From: a virus
Lineage: Duplodnaviria; Caudoviricetes
DNA length: 62,814 nt
Direction: 5' to 3' (one strand)
Virus record (IMG/VR): IMGVR_UViG_3300008255_000011
Location: 1 to 62,814 of that record
Made by a program: the position numbers and the translations under genes. Under the pieces are notes generated by a model. The model saw only the letters and a list, made by a program, of their open reading frames with translations, was not told the DNA's origin and ran no database searches. Shown here one piece after another: positions 16,215 to 26,187 of the stretch (positions are counted from its first letter, which is position 1; the number at the start of each line of letters is the position of its first letter).

Positions 16215-18755
16215 GTGCACCGCATCACGAAGATCGAAACCGTGGGCGTGCGCGCCCACGACCGGGAGATGGACCTCGGCCCCCTGACTCTGCTCAGGGG
16301 GCCCGTGGGGGCCGGGAAGACGTCCATGGCCGACGCGATCCGCATCGCGGCCCTCGGCTGCGTCCCGAGCATCGGACGCGACTCGACGGCGATCGCCCGG
16401 CTCATGCGCGGCGGGCGGATGAACGTTCGGCTCAGCCTGGATGACGGCCGGACCTGCGAACGCGGGTACGTCCGGCGGGGGGAGCGGATCACGGGCGAGG
16501 CGAGCGCGAGCTGGATGCCGCCGAAGTCCCGGCTGACCGACGTCGCGGAGTCGATCCGGTCCCTCATGGGCCGGGACGACCGCGAGGCGGCGGAACACCT
16601 GGATCTCCGCCAGCTTCTCTCCTGCTCGCCGGCGGAGCGGGCCAAGAGGATCGAGGAACTGCTCGACGCCACGGGGATCCCTGTGGGCGAGCAGATCCGT
16701 CGGGCGGCGACCCTGGCCGTCCTCCGGCTTGCGGGGGTGGACCTCGCCCGGATCCCGGACGACCTCGAGTCGGCCGAGGGCGCGGCGAAGGGCGCGATGA
16801 TGCTCCTCACAGGGCCGGTCCAGGCCGTGCTGCCGGGCGTCCACCGGATGGTCGAGCGCGAGCTGGAGTCCGGAGGGATCCCGAAGACGCTGGATCTCGC
16901 GAAGGGCAAGAAGCTCGACGCGGCCGAGGCCATGCGCCGGCGGATCGCGGCCCGGGCGGAGCTGGAGGACCGGGTCAACTCGCTCCGGGCGCCCGCGGAA
17001 GCCCTGACAGAGATCTCCGCGCGCCGGGAGGCGGAGGTCTCCCGGAGAGCGGCTGCCGAGCGCGACGTGCGCGAGGCGGAGCGGGTCGCCGGGATCCGCG
17101 CCGAGCTGGACCCGCTGGTCCCAGCTCTCAAGCAGCGGATCGCCGAGGAGGAGGAGCGCCTCGCGGCGGCCGTCTCCCGGATCCCCGAGGCCGACGCGGC
17201 CCGGGCGGAGGCGGACGGCCTGACGGAGCCGCCCCCGATCGACGCGCCGGCCGTGGTCCAGCAGGATGCGGAGCAGATCTCCGCGGCGGAGGCACTCCTG
17301 GCAGACGCCCGGGCTCTCCCAGAGCCGGAGGCGGTGGCGATCGACCCGGCGGATCTGATCCGCGTCGAGTGCCTCCGGGCGGACGCGGAGCGACTTTGGG
17401 ATGAAGTCGACGAGGTCGTGGTCCCGGAGCCGCTCTACACGACGGTCTTCGAAGCCACACGCGACCAGGCCGCGCGCGAGCTGGCCCGGATGCAGACCTC
17501 GCCCTGGCGAGAGGTGGAGCACGTCGCGGACGGGCTCGCGGAGTGGGGCGCCTCGCTGCCCACGATCCTCCCGAAGCGGAACGCGATCGGGCTGGCGGTG
17601 ACCCGTCTCCGGGAGCTGGCGACCGAGAACGGTGGTCGGCTGGCGGAGACCGAGCTCGCGCTCGATCGGGCGAGGCAGGCCCTCACCAAGGCGGAGAAGG
17701 ACCGGACCGTGCGCGACCGCCAGATCCGGGATGCCCGGGAGCGGATCACATCGCTCAGGGAGTCCGCGGAAGAGGCGGACCAGCTCGCGTCAAAGGTGAC
17801 CGAGGACGCCAACGCCGCGGCCGACCGGGCATCCGCGACGGCGCGCGCGCAGTGGCTGGCCCAGGTCCGCGCGCTACAGGACCGGGCCGCGACCCTGCGG
17901 AAGGACGCGGTGGCCGCGGCGAAGCAGGAGAACGACGCACTCCGGAAGGCCTACGCGGAGGCAGTCGGGGACCGCGAGGTTCAGGTCGCCGAGATCTCGG
18001 ACCGGCGGAAGGCCCTCCTCGCCCGGGCGGAGTCGATCCGGACCGCGGCGGTGGAGAGCCAGAGCGCCCTCGACCGGGCGAGGGCGGACCTCCGTGCGGC
18101 GGAGGAGCGGCTCGCCGGCATCGCGTCGGTGACCCTCGACACTGCCACGGCGCGCACCACGATCGAGCAGGCCACGGCAGCGATCGCAGAGCACGACCAG
18201 GCCCTCAAGACCCTCCGGGCGGCGGACAGCCTCCGGGCGGAGATGAAGGCCCTCATCACCCAGATCGACGCGGCGACGGCCGAGCGGGACTGCTGGACGG
18301 CCGCAGAGTGGGCGCTGCAGCGGATCCGGGAGATGGACCTCGCTGCCCGGGCTGCCGGGCTCGAGGCGAGGATGCGCCGGTACCTCCGGGTCGCGGGGCG
18401 GACGGAGGACCCGTACCTCCGGGCGAGCCGGGGCACGTGCGACTTTGGAATGAGGCGCGGGAGGCAGGAGATCAGCGTCGAAGCGCTTTCGGGAGGCGAG
18501 ACGGCCCTCTTCGTGGCCTGCCTCGCCGGGGCCGTCATCAGCCTCCGCGGCCCGGAGATCCGGATCCTCCTCCTCGAGGCGGCGGATCTCGGGGACCGGC
18601 CGGAGGCTCAGCAGACCCTTCTCGCCTGCCGGGAGATGGTGGCCAGCGGGGACATCGACCAGGTGATCGCCGCGACCTGCATCGACATCGAGGCGCCGGA
18701 CGGCTGGACCACGGTCGACCTGGAGCCGCTGGAGGTCGAGGCGGTGCAGTCATGA
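16215..18755 (+). CDS. SMC/Rad50/SbcC-like coiled-coil ABC ATPase
   Basis: Walker A GPVGAGKTS, long coiled coil, LSGGE signature, ILLLE Walker B. Confidence 0.85.
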   Translation: MHRITKIETVGVRAHDREMDLGPLTLLRGPVGAGKTSMADAIRIAALGCVPSIGRDSTAIARLMRGGRMNVRLSLDDGRTCERGYVRRGERITGEASASWMPPKSRLTDVAESIRSLMGRDDREAAEHLDLRQLLSCSPAERAKRIEELLDATGIPVGEQIRRAATLAVLRLAGVDLARIPDDLESAEGAAKGAMMLLTGPVQAVLPGVHRMVERELESGGIPKTLDLAKGKKLDAAEAMRRRIAARAELEDRVNSLRAPAEALTEISARREAEVSRRAAAERDVREAERVAGIRAELDPLVPALKQRIAEEEERLAAAVSRIPEADAARAEADGLTEPPPIDAPAVVQQDAEQISAAEALLADARALPEPEAVAIDPADLIRVECLRADAERLWDEVDEVVVPEPLYTTVFEATRDQAARELARMQTSPWREVEHVADGLAEWGASLPTILPKRNAIGLAVTRLRELATENGGRLAETELALDRARQALTKAEKDRTVRDRQIRDARERITSLRESAEEADQLASKVTEDANAAADRASATARAQWLAQVRALQDRAATLRKDAVAAAKQENDALRKAYAEAVGDREVQVAEISDRRKALLARAESIRTAAVESQSALDRARADLRAAEERLAGIASVTLDTATARTTIEQATAAIAEHDQALKTLRAADSLRAEMKALITQIDAATAERDCWTAAEWALQRIREMDLAARAAGLEARMRRYLRVAGRTEDPYLRASRGTCDFGMRRGRQEISVEALSGGETALFVACLAGAVISLRGPEIRILLLEAADLGDRPEAQQTLLACREMVASGDIDQVIAATCIDIEAPDGWTTVDLEPLEVEAVQS

Positions 18756-21040
18756 CCGCCACCGAGACCCTCATCTCCAGCCTGACCGAGAAGCAGCACA
18801 GGGCGGTGACTGCCGCTGATCGGATCGTCCACATCTCCGCGGGTCCGGGATCCGGCAAAACACGGACCCTGGCCGCGCGCATCGCGCACCTGATCGATGA
18901 GGGCGTGGACCCCGCCGGGATCTGTGCCTTGACCTTCACCCGCTCGGCGTGCGACGAGATCAGATCCAGGGTCGCCGGGCAGGTCGGGCCGGTGGCCGAG
19001 TCGGTGACCATCGAGACGTTCCACGGGGCCGCCCTCGCGCTGGGGCCCCGGGACGGCCTGCAGGTTGCGTCGGCGCCCGAGGCCGACGCGGCGGTGCGGT
19101 CGCTCATCTCGGGGCCAACGAGACGGCCTGCGCGCGATCACGGGGGGATCTCCCGGATCCGGCGCGACCTTGTCCACCACGAGGCGCAGGACGGGCACCC
19201 CTCGACAGACGCTGTGGCCGTGGTGCGGGAGCGGCTCATGGACGCCGGCCTGGTCCCGACGTGGGACCTGGTCCCTCGGCTCATCCGGAGGGGGCCGGCG
19301 CGCCGCTACGATCACGTCCTCGTCGACGAGGTCCAGGACGTCACCCCGGGCGAGGCGCAGATGGCGGCGCTCCTCCTCGAGCCGGACGGGCGTCTCTTCC
19401 TCGTCGGGGACGGCCGGCAGTGCATTCCGGAGGGGCAGACCGTCTCGACTCCGAATGGTCCGCGGCCCGTGGAGGCGATCCGGGTTGGCGAGGAGGTCTT
19501 CGCTTCGGTCGGGGGTGGCGAGTCGCCCGCGCGCGTGAGCGGCGTTACCCGGACAATGCAGGAAGAGGCGTACGAGTTCGAGACCGAGACGGGCTCGAAG
19601 TTCCGAGCGACGGCCGGTCACGTCCTATTCGCTGCGCTCGGAGAGCCTGATGGGCACTACGTCTACCTGATGCACCGTCGCGGGTACGGGTTCCGAATCG
19701 GCGTATCGAGCCTCGGAGCGACCCGGGACACCCGGAACATGTGGAAGGTCCGAGCCCATGGCGAACTGGCAGATCGGATGTGGATCCTCGCGCACACGGA
19801 GGACCCACATGAAGCTCACCGCCTCGAGCACACGCTCTCCTACCGGTATCAGGTCCCGATGGCGCCGTTCAGGCCTCGCCCGGACACGATGTTCAGGGAC
19901 GCCGAGACAGCCAGGGAGTGGTTCTCGGAGTTCTCGGGGAACGGAGCGCGAGTCCTGAAGGCCTTCCGGCAGTCGAGCGACTGTGCGCCGTACGTTGCGA
20001 AGAGCAGCGGAAGCGGCAGGATTGCGGTCAACGTAGTCCACGGCACCAAGGGCGGATACAGCCAAGTGTCCGTTGAGTCATCCCTTGTACCCGAGTTGGT
20101 GGCGGCGGAGCACGAGTTCCGACCGGGCCGGCGCGGCACCCTGCATATCAGGAAGTGCTTTCGGGACGCTCGCGCTGCCTATCGGTACGCCAGCGAGCTC
20201 GCGGGGGACATCGAAGGGGAGGTCGTCGAGACCTTGTCTGTCCCGTCGGCCGACAGGCGGGTGTTCGCGGTCCGGGCCTCCGGCGTATTCCCGACCATGC
20301 TGGTGCCCGAGGTCGGTCCGGACGGCGTCGTTCGTCTGGTTCGGGTCGTCAGCCGGAGGAAGGTGCCAGCCCACTGGTGTTACGACCTCGAGGTCCCCGG
20401 CGGGGGCAACTTCATCGTCGGGAACGTGGTGGTTCACAACTCCATCATGGGCTGGCGAGGGGCCGACGCGAGCGTCCTGCCGCGCGTGACGCACCGGCTC
20501 ACGCGGACGTTCCGGTTCGGCAGCCTCGTCGCGGAGGAGGCCAACGGCCTCGGGGTGGGGGACCCGATCACCGGCGACGCCGGGATGCTGACCTCGATGG
20601 TTTTTCGCGACCTCGGCATCGGAGACATTGGAGCGCTCTGCCACCGCGACCGGCGGCCGGGGTGGTCCACCGCGATCCTGTGCCGGACCCACGCTGACTG
20701 CGAGGCGATCGCGGGGCTCTACCCGGACTGCGTCCGCCACGTCGAGCGCGACCCGCGGGACGGGCTTTCCTCCGCCGCGGATCGTCTCGCGGAGGCCACG
20801 GCGGGAGGGATGGTCCCGGCCCTGACCATTCATAGCGCGAAGGGGCGCGAGTGGGACCAGGTCATCGTGGTCGGCCCCAGCACGATCCAGTGGGGCTGGG
20901 CGTCCGACGACGAGGAGGAGCGAAGGGTGTTGTACGTCGCGGTCACCCGCGCGCGGCGGCGGCTGGTCCTGATCGGAGGGATTCCAGAGATCGACGGGTG
21001 GCGCATCCGGGCAGACGGGCTCGCGGGAGGTGGGGCGTGA
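18752..21040 (+). CDS. UvrD/PcrA-like SF1 helicase with intein
   Basis: AGPGSGKT, LTFT, VDEVQD, VGDGRQ|SIMGWRGA, TIHSAKGREW, YVAVTRAR. Confidence 0.9.
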   Translation: MTATETLISSLTEKQHRAVTAADRIVHISAGPGSGKTRTLAARIAHLIDEGVDPAGICALTFTRSACDEIRSRVAGQVGPVAESVTIETFHGAALALGPRDGLQVASAPEADAAVRSLISGPTRRPARDHGGISRIRRDLVHHEAQDGHPSTDAVAVVRERLMDAGLVPTWDLVPRLIRRGPARRYDHVLVDEVQDVTPGEAQMAALLLEPDGRLFLVGDGRQCIPEGQTVSTPNGPRPVEAIRVGEEVFASVGGGESPARVSGVTRTMQEEAYEFETETGSKFRATAGHVLFAALGEPDGHYVYLMHRRGYGFRIGVSSLGATRDTRNMWKVRAHGELADRMWILAHTEDPHEAHRLEHTLSYRYQVPMAPFRPRPDTMFRDAETAREWFSEFSGNGARVLKAFRQSSDCAPYVAKSSGSGRIAVNVVHGTKGGYSQVSVESSLVPELVAAEHEFRPGRRGTLHIRKCFRDARAAYRYASELAGDIEGEVVETLSVPSADRRVFAVRASGVFPTMLVPEVGPDGVVRLVRVVSRRKVPAHWCYDLEVPGGGNFIVGNVVVHNSIMGWRGADASVLPRVTHRLTRTFRFGSLVAEEANGLGVGDPITGDAGMLTSMVFRDLGIGDIGALCHRDRRPGWSTAILCRTHADCEAIAGLYPDCVRHVERDPRDGLSSAADRLAEATAGGMVPALTIHSAKGREWDQVIVVGPSTIQWGWASDDEEERRVLYVAVTRARRRLVLIGGIPEIDGWRIRADGLAGGGA
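19421..20440 (+). mobile_element. Intein (340 aa) in helicase motif III
   Basis: Begins CIPEGQ, ends YDLEV...NFIVGNVVVHN before Ser; removing it restores GDxxQS. Confidence 0.9.
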
Positions 21041-21279
21041 GCAACCCCGACATCAAGGTGCTCACCCGGGACTACCGGTTCCGGCTCGAGCGCGCGGAGC
21101 GGTGCGAGTCCTGCCGCCACGTTGCTCCGCTGCCACTTCTTCCAAACGGTGCTCGCATCGGCCCGGACGCGACGTGCAGGCTTCTCAATCACTTCATTGA
21201 TCAGGTCGGAACGTCCGGGTGTCCGGGCTACCAGGAGGACTTCTACCGGCGCCGGGAGCAGGCGGGGAGGCAGCCATGA
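21037..21279 (+). CDS. Small Cys-rich hypothetical protein
   Basis: GTGA overlap; CESC...C...C. Confidence 0.55.
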   Translation: MSNPDIKVLTRDYRFRLERAERCESCRHVAPLPLLPNGARIGPDATCRLLNHFIDQVGTSGCPGYQEDFYRRREQAGRQP

Positions 21280-21527
21280 CCGGCCCCCGCCGCGCGATCA
21301 ACGACGAGGCGGGCCCGCTGTGGTCCGGCAAGAACGACTCGACCTCCGGAGCCCTGCGCGACAAGCGCCCTCTCCGGCGCGCCTTCTACGGCAGTTACGA
21401 GCCCTTCCGCTGCGCCATGTGCGACGGCACCGAGTACTTCGAGCTCCCGACGGACGCGAACTACCCGGTCCACCCGCGGAGGGAATGCCTGAAGTGCCAC
21501 CCGCTGGTGGCGAGGAGGTCCTCGTGA
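21276..21527 (+). CDS. Small Zn-ribbon hypothetical protein
   Basis: ATGA overlap; CAMC...CLKC. Confidence 0.55.
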   Translation: MTGPRRAINDEAGPLWSGKNDSTSGALRDKRPLRRAFYGSYEPFRCAMCDGTEYFELPTDANYPVHPRRECLKCHPLVARRSS

Positions 21528-22003
21528 AGAGCCTCCACATGGAGCACACCCAGGTCGCAGCCACGAAGACGGTGAGCGAGATCCAGCAGGTCCTCGCCGC
21601 CTCCGGCCTCGTCCGGTCTGTGAACATCCGCTACCTCGGAAGCCGCATCGAGGGGGTGGCCTTCTCGATCGAGATCGCTGGGAGCGAGGTCTCATTCCTC
21701 CTGCCCGCGAGGGCGGAGCCGATTTTCAGGATCCTGAACGGCCGGAGGAGCGGCTTCCGCGGGGGCGGCGTCGCGGCGAAGGACCGGGAGCAGGCCGACC
21801 GCGTCGCCTGGAGGCAGATCCTCCGCTGGGTGCAGGCCCAGCTCGCCATCATCGAGACGGGGATGGTCAGTGCCTCCGAGGCATTCCTCGGGTACGCGCT
21901 GGTCGCGCCGGGGGAGAGCCTCCACGAGAGGTTCATCCAGTACACGGAGCACCGCGTGGCCCTGCCGGCACCGGAGTACTCCGCCGGGCGGGAGGGGGAG
22001 TGA
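21524..22003 (+). CDS. Conserved phage hypothetical protein
   Basis: QADRVAWRQILRWVQAQLAIIE motif; GAGGAGG RBS. Confidence 0.65.
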   Translation: MKSLHMEHTQVAATKTVSEIQQVLAASGLVRSVNIRYLGSRIEGVAFSIEIAGSEVSFLLPARAEPIFRILNGRRSGFRGGGVAAKDREQADRVAWRQILRWVQAQLAIIETGMVSASEAFLGYALVAPGESLHERFIQYTEHRVALPAPEYSAGREGE

Positions 22004-22923
22004 TGGACCGAGAGAAGAGGATCGAGGACTTATTCGAGTTCGTGGAGTTTGTCACGGATCGGTTCTTCAACAATTACGGCTACACCGATGCGGAGTGGAA
22101 GGAGTGGATTGCGAGGATGGCACCCAGAGCCCGAGCCGCCTGCGAGCGCCTGCTCGCGGGGGAGGGGGAGCGGTTCATCCAAGCCGCAATCGCGCATCTG
22201 CCGAAGGACGTAGCGGACCGCGTGACCAATGGCGATCCCGACAGTAAGGAGGGGCAGGAGATTCAGGACGACGTGAGGGATGCCTGTCACTTCGGGCTTC
22301 GCGCCTTCCTCGCCAGCCGCCCCGAGCCTTGTGAGTGTAAAGCAGAATGGATAGAAGAAGCCCACTGCGTCCGTTGCGGTGCCGAGTTCGAGTCCGCGCC
22401 GGAGCCCGAGGAGCCCGCCGAGAACGTGAAGGAGCACTTCTGCGCGGCGAGCCTTCGCCAAGCGGACGCCGCCCGCGAACTGATCGATGCCCTCATACAA
22501 CCTGACGCCGGGGTGCTCTCGCGAGCGTGGGAGGAAGCATGCTTTCAGTGGGGTCGCCACGATTCGCCCTATCTCCTCTTCTCTCCAGTCCCGTTCCGAA
22601 TTGATGCGGAGCCCGCCGAGAGCAAGGGGAAACCAGAACGCCTGTTCGCCAAGCACCAGCCGTGCGGATGCGTGGTTTGCACTTGCGAGGACGATGAGAA
22701 GTGCCAAGGGTGCGGGGCGCATTGGTGCGGCACTCATCCCGTACCCGAGATCCCGATCCCGGTGTACGCGGGCGGGGCGGCAAAAGCGGTCGTGAACATC
22801 GCGGTCGAGCGGCTCCGCGCCGACCTGGCCCACCTACGCGAGAACACCGACGACGACGAGCACTGCTTCACATGCGGCTACGACAAGGCGTGCGACTGCT
22901 ACCCCGATAGGAGGGATGCGTGA
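22000..22923 (+). CDS. Mosaic Cys-rich hypothetical protein
   Basis: Several Cys clusters; visibly lower-GC patches. Confidence 0.55.
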   Translation: MMDREKRIEDLFEFVEFVTDRFFNNYGYTDAEWKEWIARMAPRARAACERLLAGEGERFIQAAIAHLPKDVADRVTNGDPDSKEGQEIQDDVRDACHFGLRAFLASRPEPCECKAEWIEEAHCVRCGAEFESAPEPEEPAENVKEHFCAASLRQADAARELIDALIQPDAGVLSRAWEEACFQWGRHDSPYLLFSPVPFRIDAEPAESKGKPERLFAKHQPCGCVVCTCEDDEKCQGCGAHWCGTHPVPEIPIPVYAGGAAKAVVNIAVERLRADLAHLRENTDDDEHCFTCGYDKACDCYPDRRDA

Positions 22924-22998
22924 GCTCTCTCTTTTTGTCTTACCAGCCGCGGAAATGACGTTTCACCACAACATCTTGCGCATGAGGAAGGAGGACAG

Positions 22999-23370
22999 AT
23001 GACCGAGGAGTACCAGACGCTCGACCTCGTGAACGTGGCGCGCGGCGCCGCGGTGGAGCAGTTCGAGGAAGAGTTGCAGCGCGTCACGGACAACATCCGC
23101 GACATCAACACCCCCGCGACAGAGAAGCGGGAGATCGTCCTCAAGTTCACCTTCAAACCGAACTCGGAGCGCAACTTCGCCACCGTCGTGATCGAGGCGA
23201 AGTCAAAGCTCGCCGCGGTCAACGGCGCCGCTGGGGAGTGCTTCATCGGGGTCCGGCACGGGAAGAACATCGCCGTCCCGAACAACCCCGAGCAGATGCA
23301 GATGGAGTTCGACGAGGAGTCGAAGCCGCGCTCGGTGTCCGAGAAGCGGAAGGCCACCGCCGGCGAGTGA
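22999..23370 (+). CDS. Conserved phage replication-region protein
   Basis: GAAVEQF...NIRDINT.ATEKREI; AGGAGG RBS. Confidence 0.65.
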   Translation: MTEEYQTLDLVNVARGAAVEQFEEELQRVTDNIRDINTPATEKREIVLKFTFKPNSERNFATVVIEAKSKLAAVNGAAGECFIGVRHGKNIAVPNNPEQMQMEFDEESKPRSVSEKRKATAGE

Positions 23371-23411
23371 CCGGCGAGGCAGGACCAGCAGCACCAGGAA
23401 AGGACAATAGC

Positions 23412-24176
23412 ATGCCCGAAGACAACACCGTCCTTGGCGCGAACGCCGTCGCGGAGATCGAGCGAATCGTGAGGCTAGGCACCACCAGGATCGTGGACGT
23501 CGACGAAGGGGAGTTCACATCCCTCCCCGTCTTCCTCCCGCCGGAGCCGCGCTGCGAGCCGGAGCCGAAGGCGATCGCCCTCCACACCCTCCAGAGCTTC
23601 GCGGACTACACGAAGAGCTGCATCGACAAGAGCTACGTGGCCCCCCGGGGGGCTTTCGTTCACGTCGAAAGCCCTACCACCGTCCGGCTGCTCACCGAGA
23701 TCTTTGGCGAGCGGAACCAGAGGGTCTGCGTGGCCGTCGCCGGCGCCACGATCCCGGGCTTCCTGTTCGGCCAGTACTACGACCAGGAGTCTTTCGTGAT
23801 CCTGATCCAGACCTGCTTCGCTCCGGAGCTGGACCGCGCGAAGGTCCTCGAGGTGGTGGGCAATCTCACCGACGAGACGGTGAAGACCTACACGGACGAC
23901 GGCGTGACCCAGGTCGCCGCGATGAAGGCCGGGGTCGTGAGGAAGGCCGAGGCGAAGGTTCCGAACCCAGTCATTCTCCGCCCGTACCGCACCTTCGCAG
24001 AGATCGAGCAGCCGGACTCGCCGTTCATCCTCCGGCTCCGCGGCGGCGGAGAGGGGAAGCTCCCGAGCTGCGGCCTCTTCGAGTGTGACGGTGGGCTGTG
24101 GCGGATCCCGGCTGTGCGCCTGGTGCGCGACTGGCTCCGACAGGAGATCCCGGAAGAGACCAGCATTTTCGCGTAG
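23412..24176 (+). CDS. Conserved phage protein (LFExDGGxW family)
   Basis: DDGVTQ, PNPVILRPYRTFAEIEQPDSPF, LFECDGGLW. Confidence 0.7.
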   Translation: MPEDNTVLGANAVAEIERIVRLGTTRIVDVDEGEFTSLPVFLPPEPRCEPEPKAIALHTLQSFADYTKSCIDKSYVAPRGAFVHVESPTTVRLLTEIFGERNQRVCVAVAGATIPGFLFGQYYDQESFVILIQTCFAPELDRAKVLEVVGNLTDETVKTYTDDGVTQVAAMKAGVVRKAEAKVPNPVILRPYRTFAEIEQPDSPFILRLRGGGEGKLPSCGLFECDGGLWRIPAVRLVRDWLRQEIPEETSIFA

Positions 24177-24186
24177 GAGGGGGCAC

Positions 24187-24909
24187 ATGGACGTCCGGTG
24201 GAAATGCCCCAAGCACGGCCTGGCAGACGCCACAGGCATGCCCGGCGGCATCTACTGCATCGAGGAGGACCTCGGCCGTCCGCACGGCGTCTGCGGGCGG
24301 CTGTGCAAGGGGCCCGCGGTATCGACGGCCACGGGCCGGACCCTCTCGGCCAGTCCTCCGCCTGCGAAGGGCGAGGAGTTCAACCCGCGGTTCGAGGGCG
24401 CCCGCAAGCCCAGACGGCCGGCGGGCCCCGAACTTCCGGCTTCGCCTGCCTCCGCGAGGGACGGAAAACAGGGAGTTACGAAGGTGATGGTGGACGACAT
24501 GGCGGAGAAGAGCGTGCTCCAGCACGGGACCCGGAGCTGCGAGATCTGCGGAAGAGACCTCGCCGGCGAGCACACCCGGGCCAGAGCCCACAAGGCATGC
24601 CGGACGAAGGCCGCCAGCGCGCCCAGGACGCGCCAGGAGCCCGGGAGGACCAAGGGCGCCACCCCGGCAGCCGCGGCGCCACACACGGGAACCAGCGCGC
24701 CCCCCGTCGACGACAGAGCGCCGAGCAAGCTGCCGCCCGAGGCACGAGTCGACTTTTCCCGCCTCCCCGTGTCTCTGTCCCGCTCGGAACTCGACCGCAT
24801 CGACGCCCTCCTCGAGTCGGGCTTCTGGGGCAAGACCCGCGGAGGCTGCGTCGAGCGGATCGTATCGCGGTTCCTCCAGTCGCTGGATGCCGGCGCGAGG
24901 CGGCGGTGA
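24187..24909 (+). CDS. Hypothetical protein with Zn motifs and C-terminal ribbon-helix-helix
   Basis: LPVSLSRSELDRIDALLESG...RGGCVERIV is CopG-like. Confidence 0.55.
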   Translation: MDVRWKCPKHGLADATGMPGGIYCIEEDLGRPHGVCGRLCKGPAVSTATGRTLSASPPPAKGEEFNPRFEGARKPRRPAGPELPASPASARDGKQGVTKVMVDDMAEKSVLQHGTRSCEICGRDLAGEHTRARAHKACRTKAASAPRTRQEPGRTKGATPAAAAPHTGTSAPPVDDRAPSKLPPEARVDFSRLPVSLSRSELDRIDALLESGFWGKTRGGCVERIVSRFLQSLDAGARRR

Positions 24910-25067
24910 GCGTCCTGCGAAGGAACTGGAGCCAGGGCGCGAGATGCCGCTCATGGAGGGCATCCGGATGTCCGTGAGCGGGATCTCGATGACTACCTGG
25001 CCCGCGTGCGCGAGGCCCGGGGTAGCGGGGAGCTGGGGCAGCAGCAGTGGTAGCGGAGGAGGAAGGC

Positions 25068-26090
25068 GTGGCGATCTACCGGAAGATCTACGAGAGGCTC
25101 TGGTGGTCGGTGGAGTTCCAGTCCCTCCCCATGGAGGACCGGTTTCTCGCGGTCCATTGCCTGACCGGCCAGGCCAACCGAATCGGACTCTTCCGGTTCT
25201 CGCTCGCGATGGCCCATGAGGCCACGGGGATACCCTTCGAGACGTTGCCGAAACGTTTCGAGAATGTCTGCCTGGCCTTCGGCTGGCAGTGGGATCCGGC
25301 ACCCGCCCGGGTGCTCTTCATCCCGTCCTGGTGGAAGTGGAATCGACCCGCGAATCCAAACGTCCTTGCGGGAACGTTGGATGATCTAAACGAACTCCCC
25401 AAGTCCATACTTATCAAGGCTTTCTGGCAGAACGAGCGGCACCTAGACGGCGGGCTCCTGAAACGTTTCCGGGAGTGTCGGGTAAACGTTTGCGCCTTTG
25501 TCGGACAACAGGAACAGGAACAGGAACAGGAAAAAGACACCCCCCAACCCCCCGTGCTCCTGGCCGACCCGGAGCCGCCCCCGGAGCCGCCCCCGGAGCC
25601 GCCCCCTGCCGGGGAAGACCAGGCGGTGGTGGCGGTGGTCAGAGAGTGGCTCAGGGCACAGCCGGAAGGGGAGCGCCTCGCCATGTCCCCGGTCCTCCAG
25701 GATCAGATCCGCGACTCCGTGCTGCGGCACGACCCGGCGCGGGTCCTGGAGGCCATCGGCATCGCCGTCGCCAACGGCCGGGTGACCTGGTCGTACGTCG
25801 AGGGCGTCCTCGCCAACCATGGCAGCACCCGCCCACCCGGATCCAACGGCCGGCCGAAGTTCGGACCGGACCACCCGCAACACTTCGCCCACGGCCACGG
25901 GCCAGGCGACATCTGGTTCATGCTTCTCGACGGGGAGACGACGGTCCGCATCGGATGGCCGAGGGACGTCACCGACCCGGTCTTTTGCCGGTGGCAAGCC
26001 AAGGAGGGAGGCGAATGGAAGCCCATGTCCGACGACCTGAGGCTGCGACTGACCCCGTGCTCCGACTCGTCGAAGGCAGGCGTGCAGTGA
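25068..26090 (+). CDS. Phage replication initiator (replisome organiser/DnaD-like)
   Basis: YRKIY..LW...F N-terminus, QEQEQE linker, WSYVEGVL motif; upstream of DnaB. Confidence 0.7.
   Translation: MAIYRKIYERLWWSVEFQSLPMEDRFLAVHCLTGQANRIGLFRFSLAMAHEATGIPFETLPKRFENVCLAFGWQWDPAPARVLFIPSWWKWNRPANPNVLAGTLDDLNELPKSILIKAFWQNERHLDGGLLKRFRECRVNVCAFVGQQEQEQEQEKDTPQPPVLLADPEPPPEPPPEPPPAGEDQAVVAVVREWLRAQPEGERLAMSPVLQDQIRDSVLRHDPARVLEAIGIAVANGRVTWSYVEGVLANHGSTRPPGSNGRPKFGPDHPQHFAHGHGPGDIWFMLLDGETTVRIGWPRDVTDPVFCRWQAKEGGEWKPMSDDLRLRLTPCSDSSKAGVQ
25854..25864 (+). promoter_or_regulatory. Intragenic copy of the motif core CCGAAGTTCGG
   Basis: Exact 11-mer core inside the initiator gene; flanks do not match, so it may be incidental. 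Confidence 0.3.
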
Positions 26091-26187
26091 TCGCCGCCGA
26101 CCTGCCCAGGTACACCGGGTTCGGCCAGATCGAGGCCCGGGCCATCCTCGCGGTCCTGGACCAGATCATCCGGGAGGCGAAAGCCCT

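Noticed and set aside
15035-17131. Long minus-strand ORFs (also 43946-45454, 56805-58850 and many others)
   Set aside because: Shadow ORFs of high-GC + strand genes; Arg/Pro/Ser-rich with no motifs
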